DNA of 64,000 nt from Methanosarcinales archaeon (GCA_030611585.1 JAUWPM010000001.1:1715-65714), one strand, 5' to 3'. Numbered from the stretch's first letter, positions 37,303 through 47,934 are shown. The notes: a model not told the origin generated them from the letters alone. A program made the numbers and translations.

Positions 37303-38376
37303 ATGATACGGTTAGAGAACATATCAAAGGATCTGGGCGAGTTCTTCTTACGAGACGTAACGCTCGAGATAAACGAAGGCGAGTATTTCGTCATCCTGGG
37401 TCCTACAGGTGCAGGAAAGACAATCCTGCTGGAGACGATAGCGGGTATTTACCACCCGGATAGTGGCAGGATTCTTCTTAACGATAGCGACGTTACTGAG
37501 GTCCCACCACGGGAGCGGAACATTGGCATGGTCTATCAGGATTATATCCTGTTCCCGTTTCTGACGGTAGAGGAAAACATCGGCTTTGGACTGAAGTCGC
37601 GAAAGATAGGAAAAAGCGAGATCAAACGTAAGGTGGATGAACTTGAGAACTTATTGGATATTTCTCATCTGTCGCATCGTTACCCCGTTACGCTCAGTGG
37701 CGGCGAGCAGCAGAAGGTCGCCATTGCACGCGCAATCGCCATTGAACCCCCGATATTGCTTCTGGACGAGCCGTTATCCGCTTTGGACTCCAGAACGCGG
37801 GATTATCTGAGAGGAGAGCTGAAGCGAGTGAAAGACGAATTCGGGATTACCATGGTTCACGTAACGCACGACCAGACGGAGGCGATGGTGCTCGCTGATA
37901 GAATAGCGGTGATGATGCAAGGGCGAATACTGCAGGTAGGTACACCTTACGAGATTTTTAATAAGCCACTAAACAATGATTTAGCCGATTTCGTCGGTGT
38001 TGAGAACATACTGAGCGGTGTCGTGCGCACTAATGAGGATGGCGTTGCGGAGATAGAAGTTGATACTGGAGGGACTATATTCGCCGTTTCTGAGTACCAT
38101 GCAGGGGATGCCGTAAAAGTATTCTTAAGACCCGAGGAGATAATCTTGTCCGGACATGAGGGGGATAGCACAGCCAGAAACGTTGTGAAAGGAAGAATAA
38201 ACGAGCTGCATGACGTGGGCCCTTTAACACGTGTGCAAATGGATACCGGGCGTAGCGAGCTTAGCGAGCTTGTAGTGCTTATTACAAAGCGATCACGTGA
38301 AAGCCTTGGATTGCAGATAGGGGATGAAGTCTACGCAACTTTCAAAGCGACTTCGGCGCACGTAGTGCGAGGATGA
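37303..38376 (+). CDS. modC: molybdate/tungstate ABC transporter ATP-binding protein with C-terminal Mop/TOBE domain
   Basis: Walker A GPTGAGKT, signature LSGGEQQKVAIARA and Walker B LLLDEPLSALD. The C-terminal TOBE domain is ARNVVKGRINE...LGLQIGDEVYATFKATSAHV. Confidence 0.85.
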   Translation: MIRLENISKDLGEFFLRDVTLEINEGEYFVILGPTGAGKTILLETIAGIYHPDSGRILLNDSDVTEVPPRERNIGMVYQDYILFPFLTVEENIGFGLKSRKIGKSEIKRKVDELENLLDISHLSHRYPVTLSGGEQQKVAIARAIAIEPPILLLDEPLSALDSRTRDYLRGELKRVKDEFGITMVHVTHDQTEAMVLADRIAVMMQGRILQVGTPYEIFNKPLNNDLADFVGVENILSGVVRTNEDGVAEIEVDTGGTIFAVSEYHAGDAVKVFLRPEEIILSGHEGDSTARNVVKGRINELHDVGPLTRVQMDTGRSELSELVVLITKRSRESLGLQIGDEVYATFKATSAHVVRG

Positions 38377-38420
38377 GAAGCGGCATGCTTCTATAAAGGT
38401 TCGTTGAGAAACCAACAGTA

Positions 38421-38472
38421 AAAAACCGCAAACCTTTTTATATCGAATGGTCATATATCGCATATCGAAGGT
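38421..38472 (+). promoter_or_regulatory. promoter plus operator copy
   Basis: aaaaaccgcaaaCCTTTTTATATCGAATGGtcatatATCGCATATCGAAGGtggataaaATG. Confidence 0.6.
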
Positions 38473-38478
38473 GGATAA

Positions 38479-39666
<1,188 letters not shown>

Positions 39667-39744
39667 AACTGAATCTTTAGGGGGGAAATAGTTCTCCCTC
39701 TTATTTATTTTTTTTGATTTTTACCAGAATAACAGACCGTTTTG

Positions 39745-39905
39745 AGAAAAAACCGAAAAGCTTTTATAGCGAGTGATATAAATGTGCATATCGCGTAAGC
39801 CATTATTTCGCCTCTGGTTCTGGTTTTGGTCATTACATACGGATATGGAACAGAAGCGGTAGCGTGGGGCGGATGTCGCCCCGCCCCTCGCATTGTTTTT
39901 GGCCG
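39745..39905 (+). promoter_or_regulatory. promoter plus operator followed by a conserved approximately 100-nt region ending in a GC hairpin and T-tract (possible sRNA or leader)
   Basis: accgaaaaGCTTTTATAgcgagtgatataaatgtgCATATCGcg ... gtggggcggatgtcgccccgcccctcgcattgttttt. A paralogous copy lies at 54285-54432 with a compensatory hairpin (ggggcgctgcaccgcccc). Confidence 0.45.
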
Positions 39906-39965
39906 CCCGCTATAACCAACAACAGTTGCAAAACACCGTGGGGCATGCATAGATAGGTGAGCGAA

Positions 39966-40127
39966 ATGGACGAAATAACAAGACTGATAAAGGATCTGAG
40001 AAGACTACTTCAGAATATCCCCGAAGAAGATCGCTATAAAATTCTGGAAGGGGTGGATGTTAATGAGATAAAAGAAGAGTTGGGCTCGTGGTTTATCGCG
40101 GACTATCCATTTTACAAGGGTTCATAG
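39966..40127 (+). CDS. possible small protein (53 aa)
   Basis: ATG preceded by aggtga; MDEITRLIKDLRRLLQNIPEEDRYKILEGVDVNEIKEELGSWFIADYPFYKGS. Not in the supplied ORF track (under 60 aa). Confidence 0.25.
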   Translation: MDEITRLIKDLRRLLQNIPEEDRYKILEGVDVNEIKEELGSWFIADYPFYKGS

Positions 40128-40175
40128 CGGAGAGGCACGATTCGTTCAAAAAAAAGAGAAAGGTCGGTGGTTTTT

Positions 40176-40385
40176 TCAGTCTTTTGAGACCATTACTTCC
40201 GACGCTTTTATCACCGCTTCTACTTTATCGCCCGCTTTGAGACCAAGATCTTCCGCCGCCTCTTTTGTGATCATCGAGGTGATGATTGCGGGCTTGGTGA
40301 TCTCGATTTTTACCGTAGAAGCAACCTCGCCTTTCTCTATTGCCTTTACAACACCTTCAATCCTATTCCTTGCGCTTAATGGCAT
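40176..40385 (-). CDS. mop: Mop/TOBE-domain molybdate- or tungstate-binding protein (molbindin)
   Basis: 69 aa: SARNRIEGVVKAIEKGEVASTVKIEI...DLGLKAGDKVEAVIKASEVMV. This matches the C-terminal TOBE domains of the two ModC/WtpC proteins. Confidence 0.8.
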   Translation of the reverse strand: MPLSARNRIEGVVKAIEKGEVASTVKIEITKPAIITSMITKEAAEDLGLKAGDKVEAVIKASEVMVSKD

Positions 40386-40440
40386 TTTTTTCTATCACCA
40401 ATTGATGATTCGTTTCGTATGTTAAAATGCTTTCGGTAGA

Positions 40441-40495
40441 AAAAAAAAACCGAAAAGCTTTTTATGTCGAATGGTGCAATATTGCATATCAATAG
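40441..40495 (+). promoter_or_regulatory. promoter plus operator copy
   Basis: aaaaaccgaaaaGCTTTTTATGTCGAATGGtgcaatattgCATATCAATAGtg. Confidence 0.6.
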
Positions 40496-40536
40496 TGAAA
40501 ATAAGAATGTAAAAAAATGGGGGAAAATGAGAAAAG

Positions 40537-41778
40537 ATGAAAATTAGAGATTGTATGCTGTGGATGATGGTATGCATTAGCATAGGATTGTTGTTTTTAG
40601 CGCCTCCAGCACTGGTAGCAACGACAGGAGGGGCAGTCGCGATACATGAGAACGATGGCGTTACAGTTTTGAACGCGATGACGGCGGATGGCTTCTTCGA
40701 TGGCTCCGTCACACTTACGGACGGGAATTTCACTTTAACCGCATACAATTCCGGGGTAGATTACGAAGTCAGACAACTTACGCCCCTGGGCGCACTCGAC
40801 GCGGCGGCGACTGCAGGTGCATTTGACTACAACTTCACTGATAAGAAGTTTGATTCGCAGGGTATCCTGATGGTTGACGACATCGGAGAGTACCACTACA
40901 ACAAGATCAACAGTTCGGTAAAGTGGGCGTGGAGCTGCTCAGTAAATGGCAATGTCCTGGACGACTGGAGCAATCCCGGAACCGAAGGCTTGAACGTCTA
41001 CGAGCTGCATGACAATGACGTGGTGTACTACTACTACGGGAACGTCAAGCTGCCTGGTTACGGGCCTGAAGACGCCATAGCGGCAGTCAATATTACCGTG
41101 AATCCCACGCCGGGTGACTGGAATCTCAAGCTCGTTGGCGTAGTCAATGAAACCGTCACAAAGGCGGAGTTTGAGAACGGAGTTGCCTGTGGGCATTATG
41201 CTAACTGGACAAACTCCGAGACCGGTGAGTTCTGGGAAGGTATGCCGCTCTGGTACCTCGTAGGGCGGGTTGACGATGAGATACAGCACGGCTCAGGTGC
41301 ATTCAACGACTCGCTCGCTGCGGAGGGGTACTCGGTAAAAGTAATAGCCGGCGACGGATGGAGCACCAGCCTTGCCAGCGCGGACATCGCACGGAACGAT
41401 GGTTACATCGTTGCAAATAAGCTCAACGGCTCAGCACTTCCGAATCAGACGCCGTCCGGGAAGCCCTGCTGGCCTCTTCACCTCAAAGGCGCTAACGTGA
41501 CTGGCGGACAGCAGGTCGGGAACATCGTTGAGATTGACCTTGTCGGTCTACCCGAACCGCCTGAGGGCTGGGAACTCAAGCTGCTCGGCGACGTTGGCGA
41601 TACGATCACGCAAGCCGAGTTCGAGGATGCTGTTTCATGCCATGGCGTGACGTACACCGACGGTAGCGATATTTGGAGTGGAGTTCCGCTCTGGTATCTC
41701 TGCGGTGCGGTGGACAACCTCGAGACTGGCAGTCACTGGACATTTAACGATACCTCGCAGCCGCAGACTACACGGTAA
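40537..41778 (+). CDS. secreted multi-SUOX-fold surface protein, N-terminal part (signal peptide, beta-rich domain, two SUOX-like modules); continues into 41850-42341 after a frameshift
   Basis: Sec-type signal peptide. Modules match the YedY/sulfite-oxidase Moco-domain pattern: WNLKLVGVVNETVTKAEFE..VACGHY......WEGMPLWYLVGRV.......GYSVKVIAGDGWSTSL........DGYIVANKLNGSALP....WPLHLKGANV. Frame 1 ends ...TFNDTSQPQTTR*, and frame 0 from 41748 reads LAAADYTVKVIAADGYN..., which is the expected continuation. Confidence 0.7.
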   Translation: MKIRDCMLWMMVCISIGLLFLAPPALVATTGGAVAIHENDGVTVLNAMTADGFFDGSVTLTDGNFTLTAYNSGVDYEVRQLTPLGALDAAATAGAFDYNFTDKKFDSQGILMVDDIGEYHYNKINSSVKWAWSCSVNGNVLDDWSNPGTEGLNVYELHDNDVVYYYYGNVKLPGYGPEDAIAAVNITVNPTPGDWNLKLVGVVNETVTKAEFENGVACGHYANWTNSETGEFWEGMPLWYLVGRVDDEIQHGSGAFNDSLAAEGYSVKVIAGDGWSTSLASADIARNDGYIVANKLNGSALPNQTPSGKPCWPLHLKGANVTGGQQVGNIVEIDLVGLPEPPEGWELKLLGDVGDTITQAEFEDAVSCHGVTYTDGSDIWSGVPLWYLCGAVDNLETGSHWTFNDTSQPQTTR

Positions 41779-41849
41779 AAGTAATCGCAGCCGATGGCTA
41801 TAACAGATCATTTGTCAGCAGCGAGATTGCTCGTAACAACGGTTATATC

Positions 41850-42341
41850 GTGGCAAACACGCTGAACGGAGAGCCGCTTGACTATCTATGCCCGCTAAAG
41901 CTTGTGGGTAGCGCCATTACATCTGGTAAGGATAAGGTTGGTAACATCTCTGAGATTGATCTCGTTGAGCTTATCACTCCGCCACCTGATTCCGGCAGCT
42001 ATAACCTGAATTTAACCGGCAAGATAACTGACGTGTTATCTCAAACCGAATTCGAGGCTGGAGTTGCCTGCCATGACGTGACCTGGACAGATGACGACGG
42101 GAATGTGTGGCAAGGTGTTCCGCTCTGGCTCTTCTGCGGCTGGGTGGACGACCGAATCCCACACGGACCCGACGGATTCAACGACAATCAAGCTGCTGCG
42201 GGATACAAGATCATCGTAAAAGCCGGCGACGGCTATGCCAAGGAATTCGCAAGCGCAGACGTCGCTCGGACTAACGACTACATTATCGCCAACACGGTGA
42301 ACGGCACGCCGCTCTCAAAGGATGGTTCGCACCCGCCCTAG
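41850..42341 (+). CDS. SUOX-fold module fragment of the same surface protein; ends at in-frame TAG 42339-42341
   Basis: ...VACHDVTWTDDDGNVWQGVPLWLFCGWVDD...GYKIIVKAGDGYAKEFASADVARTNDYIIANTVNGTPL. The TAG replaces the Trp of the conserved (S/C)WPL(H/R)L motif seen in the sister modules. Confidence 0.65.
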   Translation: MANTLNGEPLDYLCPLKLVGSAITSGKDKVGNISEIDLVELITPPPDSGSYNLNLTGKITDVLSQTEFEAGVACHDVTWTDDDGNVWQGVPLWLFCGWVDDRIPHGPDGFNDNQAAAGYKIIVKAGDGYAKEFASADVARTNDYIIANTVNGTPLSKDGSHPP

Positions 42342-42377
42342 CCACTTAGAATTGTTGGACCGGGCGCGCAGGGTGGC

Positions 42378-43823
42378 ATGAGTGTTGGCAACATCGTGGA
42401 GATCGAATTGACCGAGTTTGGTACGTCAACAGAGGTGCCCTCCGTACACGTCGTCAAGTACGATACGGATGGCACTACCATTCTGAACGAGACCAACGTC
42501 ACTTACCTGTGGATGAAGGCAAACCTCCTGGTCATCGGAGACGGCACAACGCACTACAAGTTCGAGGCTTGTGATTTCACCGAAGGCGATCACTGGGATC
42601 AGGCTGAGACCTACCCGGGTGGCTTCAAGATAGATCGGGTCGTGAAAGGGACCTCGGTGAAAGATCTCTGTGAACTCGTCGGAGGCATGGGCGCCGAGAC
42701 CGAGATCAAGCTGGTTGCCAGTGATGGGTACGAGACCTCGCTGGGCTACGCGAACATCTACACCGATGAACTTACGAGTACGCAGCGGGAACGTCAGGGT
42801 GATGCTTTCCTCGCCTGGTGGGCGGATGATCAAGGCTACGTGCCGGACTATTCCAACGGAATGCGGCTATTCTTTAGCGCAAGTGACGATGACTACGTCT
42901 TCGGCCTGTGGGACATGCACGAGTGCATGGACGAAGATTACTGGCACTATTACTGGAATGGGGGCGTACAGTATCCCTCGTGTGCGGGTCTTTCAGCTAA
43001 GTATATTGATACAATCAAGATATATTCTGCGCCCGAAGCAGACTGGAATCTCACGTTAGAAGGCGCTATCAACGATACCATCAGCAAGTCATACTTTGAG
43101 CAGGCTCTCGCCTGTACCATGGGCGGACACGCAGCGGAATATACAGACAGCAAAGGCAGGATGTGGGAAGGAATGCCGTTATGGCTGCTCTGTGGCTGGG
43201 TGGATGACGAGAACAAGCATTCCGCGGGCGCATACAATGACGCACTCGCCGCGGCAGGGTACAACATTACGATCAGCGCGAGCGATGGCTATAACGTGAC
43301 AATTGACAGTAGAGATACGATCCGAAACAGCAACTACATCGTTGCGAACACGCTGAACGGCACGCACATACCTTCAGACAGTTCAAGCTGGCCACTCAGA
43401 CTCGTCGGAGCTAACGTATCCGGCAGCATGACCGTCAAAGGGATAGCAAAGATTGAACTGGATACTATTCCTACTCCTGCACCAACGCCAACACCAAGAC
43501 CACACGGCGGTGGAGGAGGAGCATCTAAAGATTCCGACGGCGATGGGTACTCAGATATACAAGAACTGCTTGCGGGAACCAACCCGAACGACCAGAATGA
43601 CTATCCAAACAAACCTGTAGCAACGCCAACACCGACTCTAACGTCAGCACCAACCGCAACACCAACACCAGTACCAACGGTACCACCAACAGTAGCACCA
43701 ACAGCAACACCAGTACCAGCAACACCCACACCAACACCGGAAGAACCGGGCTTCGAAGTAGGATTTGCCATTGCCAGCTTATTAGCGATCGCATATCTGG
43801 TGCTAAGAAAGAGGAGGAAGTAG
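42378..43823 (+). CDS. C-terminal part of the same surface protein: SUOX-like modules, Pro/Thr linker, DxDGDGxxD calcium-binding-like motif, PGF-CTERM
   Basis: No signal peptide of its own; same frame as 41850-42341. Contains VHVVKYDTDGTTILNETNVTYLWMKANL...VKDLCELVGGMGAETEIKLVASDGY... and a second module ...LACTMGGHAAEYTDSKGRMWEGMPLWLLCGWVDD.... Ends [25 protein letters not shown]. Confidence 0.7.
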   Translation: MSVGNIVEIELTEFGTSTEVPSVHVVKYDTDGTTILNETNVTYLWMKANLLVIGDGTTHYKFEACDFTEGDHWDQAETYPGGFKIDRVVKGTSVKDLCELVGGMGAETEIKLVASDGYETSLGYANIYTDELTSTQRERQGDAFLAWWADDQGYVPDYSNGMRLFFSASDDDYVFGLWDMHECMDEDYWHYYWNGGVQYPSCAGLSAKYIDTIKIYSAPEADWNLTLEGAINDTISKSYFEQALACTMGGHAAEYTDSKGRMWEGMPLWLLCGWVDDENKHSAGAYNDALAAAGYNITISASDGYNVTIDSRDTIRNSNYIVANTLNGTHIPSDSSSWPLRLVGANVSGSMTVKGIAKIELDTIPTPAPTPTPRPHGGGGGASKDSDGDGYSDIQELLAGTNPNDQNDYPNKPVATPTPTLTSAPTATPTPVPTVPPTVAPTATPVPATPTPTPEEPGFEVGFAIASLLAIAYLVLRKRRK

Positions 43824-43905
43824 AAGCAGAAAGGAACGAACCATAAAACAAGAAACTCGTTTTTATTTCACCTGAAAAATCCGCATAAGCACGGAGGAAG
43901 GCACT

Positions 43906-44898
43906 ATGAATCGTGTGAAGAAGGATAAGCATCAAGAATGGAGAGGTATGCTGCTCATCGGTACCCTTCTCGTGCTTCTCCTCCTCGCTGTACCACCAAC
44001 AACGGCAGCGACAACAGAGGTACATCTAATAAAGTACGCCGTGGATGAATCAATACTGAACGAGACCACGGTGAACTACACGTGGATGGAAGCGAATCTG
44101 CCGGTTTATGGCGATGGCGTAACGCATTACTACCACCAGGGACCTACCTTTAATGAGTGCGATCCGTGGGATCCTGCTGAGGATACAAACGTGGAAAATA
44201 GAGATTACGGTGCTGTGCGAGGGACGGATGTTAAGGATCTGAGCGATCTGGTGGGAGGGATGTCCCTTGGCGATGAGATAAAAATTAAGGCATCTGACGG
44301 CTTCTACAAGAGGTTCAACTACACAAATATCTATGCGCCACAACCAAGGCAGGGGCCGTTGGTTCTGACATGGTGGCATGCGGGAGATGGATACGTGCCC
44401 GACTATTATACTGGAATGCGTCTCATCTTCTTTGCCGACACCAGCACGAATCCATGGGGTTACCATGTATTTGGCAACTGGGACATGCACGAATGTCTCG
44501 CTCCAAAGTACTGGCATAACTATAGTGGAATATGGCCTTCTTCGAGTGGACTGTCTGTGTACCACGTTGATGAACTGGCGATATACAGCACGCTTGATCA
44601 CGCGGAGCTACGTTCAATTAAGGTTTCACCTACCGAAGTAACGCTGAACAGCAGAGATACGCAGCAGTTCACGGCAACCGCATACGACCAATATGGCAAT
44701 GAAATGCCAAACATTGACTTTACATGGGATAGCAGCAATGAAACCGTTGGAACTGTTGACGATACAGGATTGTTCGAGGCAAAAGCAGCAGGAACTACAA
44801 CGGTTACGGCGGCAAACGGAACCGTGAATGGAACGGCAATGGTAACGGTAATTCCCATCCCGATTACACTGGACCCTACATCACGGGCACTACAATAA
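43906..44898 (+). CDS. secreted SUOX-fold plus Big_2 domain protein, frameshifted into the downstream PAP-like ORF
   Basis: Signal peptide, then VHLIKYAVDESILNETTVNYTWMEANLPVYGDGVTHYYHQGP...VKDLSDLVGGMSLGDEIKIKASDGF...GMRLIFFAD (SUOX-like variant). A Big_2 Ig-like domain follows (VTLNSRDTQQFTATAYDQYGNEMP...GTTTVTAANGTVNGTAMVTV). Frame 0 is open from 44760 and reads ...PYITGTTINSTTINWKTENATTGTVKYATEG..., which is an FN3-like purple acid phosphatase N-domain. Confidence 0.65.
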   Translation: MNRVKKDKHQEWRGMLLIGTLLVLLLLAVPPTTAATTEVHLIKYAVDESILNETTVNYTWMEANLPVYGDGVTHYYHQGPTFNECDPWDPAEDTNVENRDYGAVRGTDVKDLSDLVGGMSLGDEIKIKASDGFYKRFNYTNIYAPQPRQGPLVLTWWHAGDGYVPDYYTGMRLIFFADTSTNPWGYHVFGNWDMHECLAPKYWHNYSGIWPSSSGLSVYHVDELAIYSTLDHAELRSIKVSPTEVTLNSRDTQQFTATAYDQYGNEMPNIDFTWDSSNETVGTVDDTGLFEAKAAGTTTVTAANGTVNGTAMVTVIPIPITLDPTSRALQ

Positions 44899-44945
44899 AC
44901 TCGACGACAATCAACTGGAAGACGGAAAATGCAACTACGGGGACG

Positions 44946-46343
44946 GTGAAGTATGCAACAGAAGGGTATTACACAGAACACGGCGACTACGACCATGCCG
45001 TTGAAGATGAGGAAGAGACGCAACTTCACCACCTCATTATTACGAATCTGATGCCGAATACGATATATCATTATCAACTAATAATCGGGAATGAATCCAC
45101 TGGCGACCATTTCTTCAGAACATTTCCGGTTACCAGTTCGTTCACCTTTATTGTGTACGGGGATACGAGAGAGCAAACACCGTTATTCACACAATTGGAG
45201 CGACACAAGCTCGTTGCAGACCGTATCGCAGAAGAGGAAAACATTTCATTCGTAATACACACCGGAGATTTTGTCTGCAATGGAAACGACCTTGACGAAT
45301 GGAACAGATTCTTCGATGCCGGCAGAGCGATGCTCGTAAATACAACTATTTATCCTGTGCTCGGAAATCATGAGGATAATCACACGAACTACTACGATAT
45401 GTTTGGCGTTCCAGAGTGGTATTCGTTCGACTGTGGAAACGCGCACTTTACCGTGCTGGATAGCAACTGGGTACCGCTACAGCAGACGGCATGGTTGCGG
45501 AACGACCTTAATACGAGTGCCGCATGGAAATTCGTGTCGTTCCACCATCCGATCTACAGCTCAGATGAACGACATTGGGGCGGCTGGAAGAATGACGTGT
45601 GGGAGAATATTTTCATAAACAACAGTGTAAATGCGGTGTTCAACGGTCACGTGCACGTTTACGAGCGCTACGAGGAGAATGGCATTCAGTACGTGGTTGT
45701 AGGTTGCGGTGGCGCGCCGTTGTATTCTCTTGCATCTGAGAAGATAGCCGGTTACCAGAACAGCTTTGAACACGCACTCGGATACGCTAAGATTACGATA
45801 GACTCAGATAAAGGAGAAGCGACAACGGAAGTAATAAAAGTCGCGGACGTCTCAGAAGATAACAAGAATGTTACATATATCTACCCACAGAACACGATAT
45901 TTGAGACCGTCGTCCTCTATTTAACCCAGCCTCCGCAAATATTCGATACCGGAGTCCCGGATAATCCCTATCCCTCTATTTCCGGCACACATAAAGGAAT
46001 GATCAAAACGGGTCGGGACATTAACGTGAGCACGATGTATACTTACCCATGCCCGGGAACAGGAGGGCATACAGAATACGTAAAGATCGAGAATGATTCC
46101 TGGAACATAACGGCGAATTGGACGGGGTACCAGGGCGACTGGCAGAACATTACCTTTGACGACTCGTTCACGCTAAAGGCCGGTGAAACGTACAGTTATA
46201 CAATAATAACCGGCTCGTATCCGCAGATAATACACAAGCATAAATTCAATGCAACAGGAGGAACAATAAACTGCACTGAATTCATAGACGCCAACGGAAA
46301 ACACTATCAGAATTGGGTACCCGCTATCAGACTATCCCGTTAG
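44946..46343 (+). CDS. purple-acid-phosphatase-like metallophosphoesterase domain (continuation of 43906-44898)
   Basis: GDTREQ, GDFVCNG, GNHE, VSFHHPIYS and GHVHVYER metallophosphatase motifs. GTG start assigned by the ORF finder; the upstream frame is open. Confidence 0.7.
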   Translation: MKYATEGYYTEHGDYDHAVEDEEETQLHHLIITNLMPNTIYHYQLIIGNESTGDHFFRTFPVTSSFTFIVYGDTREQTPLFTQLERHKLVADRIAEEENISFVIHTGDFVCNGNDLDEWNRFFDAGRAMLVNTTIYPVLGNHEDNHTNYYDMFGVPEWYSFDCGNAHFTVLDSNWVPLQQTAWLRNDLNTSAAWKFVSFHHPIYSSDERHWGGWKNDVWENIFINNSVNAVFNGHVHVYERYEENGIQYVVVGCGGAPLYSLASEKIAGYQNSFEHALGYAKITIDSDKGEATTEVIKVADVSEDNKNVTYIYPQNTIFETVVLYLTQPPQIFDTGVPDNPYPSISGTHKGMIKTGRDINVSTMYTYPCPGTGGHTEYVKIENDSWNITANWTGYQGDWQNITFDDSFTLKAGETYSYTIITGSYPQIIHKHKFNATGGTINCTEFIDANGKHYQNWVPAIRLSR

Positions 46344-46419
46344 AACTGTTATCTATGGTGGGTTAGGAGGGAGGATAAGACGAACCTTCAAGATTCTTCC
46401 ACAACCCCTACGGTGGAAC

Positions 46420-47841
46420 TCATTCTTTTCGCATATCTCTAAGGTCGTAGCAGAGGTATCCTTCTTCTACCAAATCCTCTTTCCCTTCTAATCTCTTCCC
46501 AATCAACCCGAAATGCTCCATCCGGGATTCATTGTTCCAATTAACCGATTCTGATTTATCTTTCAACTCTGCAAGAATCCTCCGCGCTTCCTCTAATTTC
46601 AAATCACTCCATTTCACCTCAAAGAAAGCTATCTCTTTTGTCTCTTCATTTAATGCCACCAGATCAATCTCCTTCTCTCTGTGCCACCATCTTCCTATCT
46701 TATGAAATCGGAATGGCTTTCTCTCTACCAGGAATTCCATTGCTATCTTTTCAAATGTAAATCCCAAATAGGAATTGAAGTCTCGCTTGAAATCTGACCA
46801 CGCACCTTCTATCTCCCACGTCTCGATCTCAGAGAAGTATCGTGAAACAAATCTGAACCAGAACTCGAAGAAATTATCCTTCATTCTATAAACCCCCCGT
46901 GTCCTTCTCTTATCCAGCACGGAATGCTCCCGCTTCACCAATCCCATATCCCCCAGAATTGATAGATATGCAGCGACATTCTTCGCCTCTAAGAAGGAAT
47001 AATTTGCTATCTCAACGACCTTCGTATATCCCATAGAAATTGCCTCAAGAATCTGGAAATATGTCTCTGGCTCTCTTAATTCCTCCTCAAGTATTAATTT
47101 GGGCTCGCGAAACAAAAAGCTTTCCGGATTAAAGACATTCTCCTTTATTTCCTTCTCCACGTTAATTCCGGAGAAGAATTCTAAATATTTCGGAATACCG
47201 TCACAAACGGCAAAAATCTTGATTAAATCTTCTATCTTCGTCTTTGGAAACCACTCACGCAAATCCCGGAATCTCAAAGGTTGAATAAATATCTGTCCGG
47301 TGCTTCTACCGTACAATGGCGATTTATAGCCCAAAACTCGCTTTTTCATCATGCTAACCGCAGACCCGGAGAGAATGAGCTTTACCTCTTTCTCTGGTAG
47401 AATTTTATCTGCAATCGTCTGAAATTCCGCAATAATATCACTCTTCTTAATTAAGTATGAGAATTCGTCTATGACAACAGTCAGCCCTTTCCTGTCCTCT
47501 TTGACTATAAAATCGAAACATTCAGAGAAGCTATTAAAATTCGGCTTTGGTATCCCAAAGTACTCCCCTATTGCTTTATTAAATTTTGATAGGTTATACT
47601 GCCATTTTCTCTCCTCACAGAGCAGGAATATATTCGCCTTGTCCTTTACAAATTCCTTTAGTAATCTGCTCTTCCCGGTCCTTCTCCTGCCGGAAACGAT
47701 GATAAACTCAAACCCCTTCTCTTTGTATTTCTTATCTAAAAATTCAAGCTCCTTTCTCCTGTCAATAAACTCTTTTCGGTACATGATTATATAATTTCGT
47801 TTCGAATATTTAAATGTAGTCTTTCCGGTAATAAAAAGCAA
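46420..47841 (-). CDS. archaeal ATPase (Arch_ATPase/AAA) with C-terminal DUF234 domain
   Basis: Walker A GRRRTGKSRLL and Walker B VVIDEFSY. C-terminal DUF234-type domain (about 110 aa). Flanked on the right by MITE-like fragments (47935-48135). Confidence 0.8.
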   Translation of the reverse strand: MLFITGKTTFKYSKRNYIIMYRKEFIDRRKELEFLDKKYKEKGFEFIIVSGRRRTGKSRLLKEFVKDKANIFLLCEERKWQYNLSKFNKAIGEYFGIPKPNFNSFSECFDFIVKEDRKGLTVVIDEFSYLIKKSDIIAEFQTIADKILPEKEVKLILSGSAVSMMKKRVLGYKSPLYGRSTGQIFIQPLRFRDLREWFPKTKIEDLIKIFAVCDGIPKYLEFFSGINVEKEIKENVFNPESFLFREPKLILEEELREPETYFQILEAISMGYTKVVEIANYSFLEAKNVAAYLSILGDMGLVKREHSVLDKRRTRGVYRMKDNFFEFWFRFVSRYFSEIETWEIEGAWSDFKRDFNSYLGFTFEKIAMEFLVERKPFRFHKIGRWWHREKEIDLVALNEETKEIAFFEVKWSDLKLEEARRILAELKDKSESVNWNNESRMEHFGLIGKRLEGKEDLVEEGYLCYDLRDMRKE

Positions 47842-47934
47842 TTAATAAACCACGAGATTAACACAAGAAATGTTGGCTAATAAGGGATAAAATTGCAGAT
47901 AGAACACAGAAAACTGGTTCCTATTATTGTTCTC

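Noticed and set aside
39705-39950. 81-aa minus-strand ORF across the conserved promoter/hairpin block
   Set aside because: Its paralogous copy (54285-54432) does not keep the reading frame. Conservation is at the nucleotide or structure level, so it is not coding.
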